Below, in pieces: positions 57,648 to 64,000 of a DNA stretch of 64,000 bases. The DNA comes from an uncultured Christensenellaceae bacterium (GTDB lineage Bacteria; Bacillota; Clostridia; Christensenellales; CAG-314): contig CAJUNH010000002.1 in assembly GCA_910587795.1 (NCBI GenBank), forward strand, positions 3,346 through 67,345, in the 5' to 3' direction. The notes under the pieces were generated by a model. The model made no database searches. It saw nothing but the letters and a program-made list of their open reading frames with translations, and was not told where the DNA came from. Each line of letters starts with the position of its first letter. Position 1 is the first letter of the stretch. The translations under genes were made by a program, and so were the position numbers.

Positions 57648-58715
57648 TTAACCTTTTGTTCCGCTCTTCGATACGCCGTGCATAATATACTTACGGCAGA
57701 AGATAAACAGTATAAACAACGGTGCGGATACGATACATACAGCCGCCATACGCAATGTGGTAAGGGGTTCCGCCATGTACGCGCTGCCGACGCCGGACGG
57801 GTCGGGATACAGGAACGATCCGTTTATTTGTTTATCGTAGAATCCGCGCGTTACCCAGTTAGTTATCATTTGCCAGTTTGTACCGTTAACTAATCTCGGC
57901 CAAATGTAGGAGTTCCAACTGCCGATAAACTTTAACAAAGTTATCGATACGAGCGTAGGCGCGGTCAGCGGAACCATTACCTTAATAAGATATCCCATGT
58001 CGGACAGTCCGTCCACTTTTGCCGCTTGATACAGCGAATTGGGTATCTGCATAAAGTTGTTACGCAGTAAATAAATGTAATAAACGCTTACAAGGAAAGG
58101 AACAATCAAAACCGTAAACGTATTTTGCCATTTCCAACCCGTGATAGTAATATAGTTGGTTAGCGTATACATTTCGCCGGGAATCATCATTGTTGCAAGC
58201 ATCAGCGAAAACAATACGTTTTTACCTTTGAAATTCATTCTGGCAAGTGCGTACGCGGTAATAATGGTTACAATTACGCCTATCGTTGTGGACAAAAATC
58301 CAACAACCAGCGTGTTAAGCAATATCTGCCAGAAGTTACTGCCCGCAGTGTCGGTTTGCGCCAATACCGCCGAGTAGTTTTTCCACATAAACGTATGAGG
58401 GAAAAACGTCGGGGGAACAGCCTCGCGGTATTCCGTTTCCGTCTTAACGGAAGAAATTATCATCCAGTAGAAGGGAAGGAACGCAAATATCGCGCAAACA
58501 GTCAAAAAGAAATATACAAATACGTTTTTTGTAATTGTTGCCGCGCGTTGCTTTTTTCTTACTTTTTCTACGTCAAAATCGGTAGTCGTTTCCATCAACG
58601 TCTTAGGTTCGTCCAAAACAACGGGTTCTGTTTTGTTAGTAGTTGCTTCTTCGTTTACCACTGCCATTTTTTCCATTTCCAAGTTATTAGCAGTTTCTGT
58701 CTTTTTCTTAGCCAT
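57648..58715 (-). CDS. CUT1-type ABC permease (MalG/UgpE-like) with a polar N-terminal extension of about 60 aa
   Basis: EAA loop YQAAKVDGLSDMGYLIKVMVPLTAP. The N terminus MAKKKTETANNLEMEKMAVVNEEATTNKTEPVVLDEPKTL... precedes TM1. AGGAGG lies upstream. Confidence 0.85.
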   Translation of the reverse strand: MAKKKTETANNLEMEKMAVVNEEATTNKTEPVVLDEPKTLMETTTDFDVEKVRKKQRAATITKNVFVYFFLTVCAIFAFLPFYWMIISSVKTETEYREAVPPTFFPHTFMWKNYSAVLAQTDTAGSNFWQILLNTLVVGFLSTTIGVIVTIITAYALARMNFKGKNVLFSLMLATMMIPGEMYTLTNYITITGWKWQNTFTVLIVPFLVSVYYIYLLRNNFMQIPNSLYQAAKVDGLSDMGYLIKVMVPLTAPTLVSITLLKFIGSWNSYIWPRLVNGTNWQMITNWVTRGFYDKQINGSFLYPDPSGVGSAYMAEPLTTLRMAAVCIVSAPLFILFIFCRKYIMHGVSKSGTKG

Positions 58716-58727
58716 TCCGCTTTCCTC

Positions 58728-60047
58728 CTAATAACTCACTTTCTTTTTACTGACGTATCGGTTAAGCGCAGTTATTGCCATAATAATTATAAACAACAGC
58801 AGCGAACCCGCATACGCATAGCCCATATTACCGTCTTCGATGTATCGGTAAATGTATCCTACCATTGTACCGACGTCGTATTCGATACCCATTTGTTCGC
58901 CGAAGATACCTACTACTGCCGAATACTGCTTCATTCCGCCCATAATTCCCGTAACAAGAAGGTAGGAAATCATAGGAGAAATCATAGGAACGGTAATCTT
59001 CCACAAAACAGTATTTTTGTTTGCGCCGTCTATTTTTGCCGCGTCGTAGTACTGTTTGTTTACGTTCATAAGCGAACTGAACAAAATCAGGATTTTAAAC
59101 GGCAAACCCGACCAAATTTCGTAAACTATAACAACTATGTATTTTGCCCAAGGTATAGTAAGCGAATCGCCCAGCACCCATTTGGGAGAAGTAAAGGGAC
59201 CTTTACCTATCCAGTTTATCTGCGTACCGAAAATAAGATTTACAATACCCGGAGTTTCAAGGTGACTGTCCGTACCGATAGCGGCAAAGAACGTTGCGAA
59301 AACCGCGCCCATTGCCAAAGAGTTGGTAAGATACGGCAGGAACAATACCGTTTGATAAGCCTTTTGCAAAGGTTTAATAGAAGTAAGCGCAACCGAAATC
59401 AAAAGCGCCAACAATGTGGATAAAGGTACGGAAACAAACGTAAACACAAGCGTATTTACCAAACACTGAACAAACGACGCGCCGCCTGTTCCCGTATCGC
59501 CCCTAAGCACTTTGCCGAAGTTTGCAAAACCCCAACCGTTAAACGGATTGTTTACATCAAGAGGTCTGTAATCTTGTTTAAATGCGTTGATAAACGCGCT
59601 GACAATGGGCCATAGCGTAAATACAAGCATAAGTATTACTGCGGGCAAAACAAACAGCCAACCGGACTGAGATCTAATAAAACGTCCTGCCCTTACCTTT
59701 AAGGGGAGTTGCTGTTCAAAAGTAACGGCGGCAGCCGCAGCCTCGGCAGAATCTTGCGGCTGAGCAGTTTCGGCCGCTGCTTCTTCTCCTTTGTCCTTTT
59801 TGAACACTTTACGACAAACGGTTTTTGTCTTTACACCTATATTTACAAAAAAGTTTTTAGTTTTGCCGCCAAACGATTTAAGCCCGTCGACAAAGGCGTT
59901 GCTTTTTTCGGGAGCAGAGGCTTCGTCCGTTACAGCTTCCGCCGTCTGTTCGACGGGTTCGGTTTCCGCTACGGCAGTTTCCTCAACTTTTTGTTCCTCA
60001 ATCTCGGTCTTAACGTCGTTGGGAACAGATTTCTTTTTGTTTGCCAT
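58728..60047 (-). CDS. CUT1-type ABC permease (MalF/UgpA-like) with an acidic, low-complexity N-terminal extension of about 130 aa
   Basis: EAA loop YDAAKIDGANKNTVLWKITVPMISP. The N terminus is rich in E/A/T (EEQKVEETAVAETEPVEQTAEAVTDEASAPEK...EEAAAETAQPQDSAEAAAAAV). Confidence 0.85.
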   Translation of the reverse strand: MANKKKSVPNDVKTEIEEQKVEETAVAETEPVEQTAEAVTDEASAPEKSNAFVDGLKSFGGKTKNFFVNIGVKTKTVCRKVFKKDKGEEAAAETAQPQDSAEAAAAAVTFEQQLPLKVRAGRFIRSQSGWLFVLPAVILMLVFTLWPIVSAFINAFKQDYRPLDVNNPFNGWGFANFGKVLRGDTGTGGASFVQCLVNTLVFTFVSVPLSTLLALLISVALTSIKPLQKAYQTVLFLPYLTNSLAMGAVFATFFAAIGTDSHLETPGIVNLIFGTQINWIGKGPFTSPKWVLGDSLTIPWAKYIVVIVYEIWSGLPFKILILFSSLMNVNKQYYDAAKIDGANKNTVLWKITVPMISPMISYLLVTGIMGGMKQYSAVVGIFGEQMGIEYDVGTMVGYIYRYIEDGNMGYAYAGSLLLFIIIMAITALNRYVSKKKVSY

Positions 60048-61135
60048 TATCTTAACCTCTCTTCTGTTTCTGCTGTAAATAGGAACACCTTATTAGGTTT
60101 GAGATTAAACGTAAGCTTCGCTGCGCCTTCGGGCAGTTTAATATCCGAATCGATAATAGAACGAACGGTAGGTTTCGTAGACGCTTCGTGCGTAGAAACA
60201 ATGGTCTTATCTCTGCCCATAACTTCTATGTGGTCGAGATCCAACGTAAGTTTTCCCTTAGCATCGTAAATAAAGCCTTCGGGACGAATACCTACAAACA
60301 CCTCTTGATCTGCAAGCTTGGTTTCCATAACTGCCTCAGCGCCGATATAAACCTTACCTTTTTTGATTTGTCCTTTAAATATGTTGATAGGAGGCGTACC
60401 GAGGAAGTTAGCGACAAATAAATTATCGGGATCGTCGTAAATGTCCTGCGGAGCGCCCACTTGCTGAACAACTCCCAACTTCATAACAACCATTATGTCG
60501 CAAATAGACATGGCTTCTTCCTGGTCGTGCGTTACGAATACCGTTGTAATACCCGTTTCGCGCTGAATACGTTTGATTTCCTCACGCGTTTGCAATCTTA
60601 AACGTGCGTCAAGGTTACTTAACGGCTCGTCTAACAGCAAGACGTTAGGCATTTTTACAAGGGAACGTGCAATAGCAACGCGCTGCTGCTGACCGCCGGA
60701 CAGCTCGCTGGGTTTACGTGCCATCAAATCCTCTATTTGTACCAAACGTGCGGTATCCAAAGCCCTTGCTTTAGCTTCTTCCTTAGGAACGCGCATATTG
60801 GTAAGAGGGAACATTATGTTTTGCTCTACCGTCATATGGGGATACAATGCGTAGTTTTGGAAAACAAGACCGATGCCGCGTCTTTCGGCAGCAAGACTCG
60901 TTACGTCCTGATCGTCAAAGTAAATCTTCCCCGACGTGGGACTTTCCAGACCGGACAACATAAACAACGTAGTAGATTTACCGCAACCGGAAGGCCCTAG
61001 CAGACCGACAAGTTTACCGGAGGGGATTTCGATGCACATATTGTTGACAGCCGTTACACCGCCCTTCTTTTCTTTTCTGTCCTTCTTGTTTCTGCTGGGG
61101 AAAGTTTTGGTTAGGTTTTGAATTGTGATTTTCAT
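60047..61135 (-). CDS. MalK/UgpC-type ABC ATPase (canonical length, 362 aa)
   Basis: Walker [10 protein letters not shown], signature LSGGQQQRV, Walker [12 protein letters not shown] and H-loop VTHDQ, with a single C-terminal TOBE-like domain. Confidence 0.9.
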   Translation of the reverse strand: MKITIQNLTKTFPSRNKKDRKEKKGGVTAVNNMCIEIPSGKLVGLLGPSGCGKSTTLFMLSGLESPTSGKIYFDDQDVTSLAAERRGIGLVFQNYALYPHMTVEQNIMFPLTNMRVPKEEAKARALDTARLVQIEDLMARKPSELSGGQQQRVAIARSLVKMPNVLLLDEPLSNLDARLRLQTREEIKRIQRETGITTVFVTHDQEEAMSICDIMVVMKLGVVQQVGAPQDIYDDPDNLFVANFLGTPPINIFKGQIKKGKVYIGAEAVMETKLADQEVFVGIRPEGFIYDAKGKLTLDLDHIEVMGRDKTIVSTHEASTKPTVRSIIDSDIKLPEGAAKLTFNLKPNKVFLFTAETEERLR

Positions 61136-62331
61136 ACGCTTTCTTCCTTTCGCTTTATTATTTTTATTTTTACGTCCATTCTATAGCCTTCTACAATTAA
61201 ATTTTCCGGCATATCGACAGGCGCATAGTCCCTGTTTAAATCTATCCAAGCATTTACGCACTTACCCGCCCTAACGCGCTCGGTTACGGTGTAACCGTTT
61301 TGTTTAAGCAATGTAAATGTAACGTCTCCGTCGTTGTTGGTATACCGCACTTGTACGCTCTCGTTAAAATCGGGCAGTTCGGTAAGATCCAACGACACAG
61401 TAACCTGACAGTAATAATCGTGACCGAACGATTCCTTGTTTTCCGTCTTGCGTTTTTCCGCTTTCGATTTGCCGAGAGGAGTTTTATAATACAGCCAACG
61501 GAAAAATCTAAATATATAATGTCTGCCAACAAGGAAATCGCCAACAATATAAATAAATACAAAATAAACCAGTATCCATATTGTGGCTTTTGTATCGGCG
61601 TGTTTACGGGTTTCTCCGTACGAACTCATTGCATAATTATCGCTTTTTGCAATAAATTCTTCGTGCAATGCATTTAAGTTTTCGGACTTGTAGTCCCGAT
61701 TATATTCTTCTACAAACGCATTTACATCAGCAAAAAACTGCTGACTGTAATCAAGGACAGAGGGCAAATTAAATTCTTTAAAAACTTTGCCGTCCCTATC
61801 GATAAAAGTCAATTTGGACAGCGACCCCAACGAATCCTGATCCAAATCCAAATATATAAAACCGTTGCTTTCGTGAGTGGTTATATATCCGGCAAATTTT
61901 TTATCGCCGGTTTCTTTGTCCACAGTGTAATCAAGCAGGGTTACGTCGCAGTTCTTGCCGTTTCCGTCCGTTACAATCAGTTTGGTTTGATTGCCCTCTT
62001 CGCGCGTAACGTTGTATGTTTTACCTACCCCAAACAAAAAGCCCGTATACGATTTGTGCATTTTCTTTTGGCTTTCGTCAACCAAAGGCGCGGCTTCGAA
62101 CAGCACGACTCCTCCGCCCTCGTCAAAAGTTTGCACATATATAGGCTGACGGTTGAAATATCCGCTCGAAAGCTCAATCGCTTTATCGTAAGCACCTTGA
62201 TTAAGATAAGCTTCGATATCTATGGGAGCGCAGTACAAAATCAGTATGTACGGCAGCGTAAAAGCCATCAATAATCCAAGCGAAAACGTAAAAAGGTAGT
62301 AAATAATTTTAGGAAATAACTTTTTCTTCAT
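61132..62331 (-). CDS. Hypothetical bitopic membrane protein (399 aa) translationally coupled to the ABC ATPase
   Basis: TM1 at the N terminus, an external domain of about 220 aa, TM2 (IWILVYFVFIYIVGDFLVG), then a cytoplasmic beta-rich domain of about 110 aa. The stop overlaps the ATPase start (ATGA). Confidence 0.5.
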   Translation of the reverse strand: MKKKLFPKIIYYLFTFSLGLLMAFTLPYILILYCAPIDIEAYLNQGAYDKAIELSSGYFNRQPIYVQTFDEGGGVVLFEAAPLVDESQKKMHKSYTGFLFGVGKTYNVTREEGNQTKLIVTDGNGKNCDVTLLDYTVDKETGDKKFAGYITTHESNGFIYLDLDQDSLGSLSKLTFIDRDGKVFKEFNLPSVLDYSQQFFADVNAFVEEYNRDYKSENLNALHEEFIAKSDNYAMSSYGETRKHADTKATIWILVYFVFIYIVGDFLVGRHYIFRFFRWLYYKTPLGKSKAEKRKTENKESFGHDYYCQVTVSLDLTELPDFNESVQVRYTNNDGDVTFTLLKQNGYTVTERVRAGKCVNAWIDLNRDYAPVDMPENLIVEGYRMDVKIKIIKRKEESV

Positions 62332-62334
62332 AAA

Positions 62335-62616
62335 TTACTTACTATCTTTTTCGTTTAATTCCATTATGGTTTCGTTAGTACTATCGGTATTTTCAGGAGC
62401 AGTTTCTTGGTTTGCTTGCGCGCGGGATAAAGCGTTGGACTTAAAAGCTTCCTCGCGTTTTCTTAAATTTTCACGTTGTTCTTTATATTGTTTTTTATTC
62501 AATACCGGTATCAAAAAATATATACCTACGGCAATAGCAACAAGCGCTGCGCAAACAATAAAAAATACAATGTCCACGGCTTTAAGACCATTTATAAACA
62601 TCGCCAAGCTTATCAT
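62335..62616 (-). CDS. Small single-pass membrane protein (93 aa)
   Basis: Start MISLAMFINGLKAVDIVFFIVCAALVAIAVGIYFLIP, with AGGAGG about 11 nt upstream. A charged C-terminal tail follows. The gene ends 3 nt before the next gene. Confidence 0.45.
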   Translation of the reverse strand: MISLAMFINGLKAVDIVFFIVCAALVAIAVGIYFLIPVLNKKQYKEQRENLRKREEAFKSNALSRAQANQETAPENTDSTNETIMELNEKDSK

Positions 62617-62755
62617 ACTCGTCAATTCCTCCTGACAGTGCAGATTTAAGTCGGTAAACACTAAAAATCGAATATATTTATATGCCAAACAATAGGCGTC
62701 TACATCAAATTAAAAAATACATCGGGGCATAAATTGCCCTTTCGTCTATAAAGAC

Positions 62756-62784
62756 ATTATACACAAAGTAACCCCTTTTGGCAA
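62756..62784 (-). promoter_or_regulatory. Candidate operon promoter (TTGCCA-17 nt-TATAAT)
   Basis: On the minus strand, TTGCCA spans 62784-62779 and TATAAT spans 62761-62756, about 130 nt upstream of the 62616 start. Confidence 0.4.
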
Positions 62785-63078
62785 TACCTTTTGTTTAAAA
62801 AGTAGCAAAATATCTCGGTATTTTGCCTCTTATTCATTTAAAAACCTATTTAATTTTATTAATTGCAGCCTAATATCTTTGTTATGCTATGTCACCACTA
62901 TAACATTGTCGGTCTGCCGCAAAGAATGTCGAAATTTACGGAGAAATCCTTTCCTGCCGTATTCGGTACACGTTTATGCCCGCCTTTTGACACAGTATAA
63001 TTATTGCAAAAAAATTAATTTCATATGTATTATTTACTTACCTATATCTTGCGGCAGAGTGCATTTGCAAACGGACAT

Positions 63079-64000
63079 CTACGCGGCAAAGCGGTAACGG
63101 ACCGGCAAAACGGCGACTGTATTTCTTTGTATTGCGTTTATAAAAAGCGTCTCCGCATGTGCCGACGCGCCGTTTATTTCAACCTCAGCGGGGAAGTCTA
63201 ACGTTACGTCTTGCTTCAACAGATTTTTATTTGTATTTTGATTATCGTAAATGTAATCGTCCACGTCAACCGCGTTGTTAAGCAAATAATCTCTTGTGAT
63301 AAATCTGTAATTATAAACGCCGTCGAAATTACTGTTGGTCAACTCCGCCGGTTCGGGTGCGCCTTTGCGGAATGCCGACGGAAAATAATTATAATCTCGG
63401 TTTGTATTTTGATGGAACAGTAAATAGTCGATTACTGCAATATTATAATATTTATCCGCTTGTATAGCTTCGCCCGTAACGCGCCAAACGGAGTTTGAGC
63501 TAAAACCCGCCTCGTATAAAATATCCTTGCCGCTGACGTTAGCGACGTATACTATATTATCAAACGGAATCGCCTCGTACAATGCAGAGTAGGTAACGTT
63601 ACCTTTTGAAATTCCGCTGCGGGCATTGTTTGTCATAGCCAACGTAATATCGTGTCCCTGATTTAATGCATAGTTTGCAATAGCTCTGCACACCAATTTA
63701 GGAATCTGCGTACGGCTGTCCATATTATTTGCAAATTCAGCTACCACTTTATTACGCTCTTCCTCTATCTGCGCGTTAGAGTTGTCTACCAGCGTATCTA
63801 CGGCATGCAGATTGTCCCAATTACTGCTGTACCTAACGTTTTGCGTCAACGTACAGCTAACCGCACCCGAAGAATCTACCGAAAGCGTTACGTGCGACAC
63901 ATAATCGCCGTATCCGCCTCCCTGCACAAAAGGCAGCCCGTCTACAACAAAAATTTCCTCCTGATGGGTATGCGCGCAAAAAACCAAATCTACGTAATCT
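63079..64000 (-). CDS. 5'-nucleotidase / UshA-like metallophosphatase (C-terminal part; N terminus lies outside the window)
   Basis: The reading frame stays open to the window edge (..DYVDLVFCAHTHQ, matching the metallophosphatase GHxH-type motif). The C-terminal domain pattern GNVTYSALYEAIPFDNIVYVANVSGKDIL is typical of 5'-nucleotidase substrate-binding domains. Confidence 0.72.
   Translation of the reverse strand, partial: DYVDLVFCAHTHQEEIFVVDGLPFVQGGGYGDYVSHVTLSVDSSGAVSCTLTQNVRYSSNWDNLHAVDTLVDNSNAQIEEERNKVVAEFANNMDSRTQIPKLVCRAIANYALNQGHDITLAMTNNARSGISKGNVTYSALYEAIPFDNIVYVANVSGKDILYEAGFSSNSVWRVTGEAIQADKYYNIAVIDYLLFHQNTNRDYNYFPSAFRKGAPEPAELTNSNFDGVYNYRFITRDYLLNNAVDVDDYIYDNQNTNKNLLKQDVTLDFPAEVEINGASAHAETLFINAIQRNTVAVLPVRYRFAA

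Overview
This 64-kb window looks like a low-GC Firmicute chromosome using the standard genetic code. Intergenic DNA is very AT-rich, and most genes from 19 kb onward lie on the minus strand. I found no rRNA genes, CRISPR arrays, transposases or integrases. All calls rest on motifs read by eye, because no database searches could be run.

Gene content, in order along the window:
- Cell-envelope genes: a DHHW/AlgJ-like protein with an MBOAT partner, cardiolipin synthase, and an MBL-fold hydrolase.
- tRNA-Ser(CGA).
- A degenerate zinc-ADH-like protein.
- A TrxB-like flavoprotein next to an anaerobic ribonucleotide reductase (NrdD). NrdD carries a fused thioredoxin-fold tail and tandem NrdR boxes upstream.
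- A 1.3-kb ORF-free spacer, then a tRNA-Met/Glu/Val operon.
- A small plus-strand cluster: GNAT, DUF3788, a blasticidin-S-deaminase-like deaminase, and a MATE pump.
- A convergent type II restriction-modification pair: a gamma-class N6-adenine methylase and a GIY-YIG-like nuclease.
- A 16-kb starch/maltodextrin locus built from lipoprotein-anchored GH13 enzymes. It also holds a 4x CBM20-like lipoprotein and an ABC importer whose ATPase is about 500 aa longer than normal.
- A DUF1538 membrane protein with two PII-like partners.
- A 1674-aa lipoprotein with ten copies of an unrecognised roughly 100-aa repeat.
- A 10-kb operon joining a staphylococcal-nuclease-type lipoprotein, an OB/Ig lipoprotein and a sugar-family ABC importer, flanked by a 5'-nucleotidase.

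The most interesting candidates are:
- the nuclease-plus-importer operon;
- the NrdD-thioredoxin fusion, paired with a TrxB homologue that lacks the NADPH-binding motif;
- the oversized MalK-like ATPase;
- the DUF1538/PII-like trio;
- the ten-repeat surface protein.
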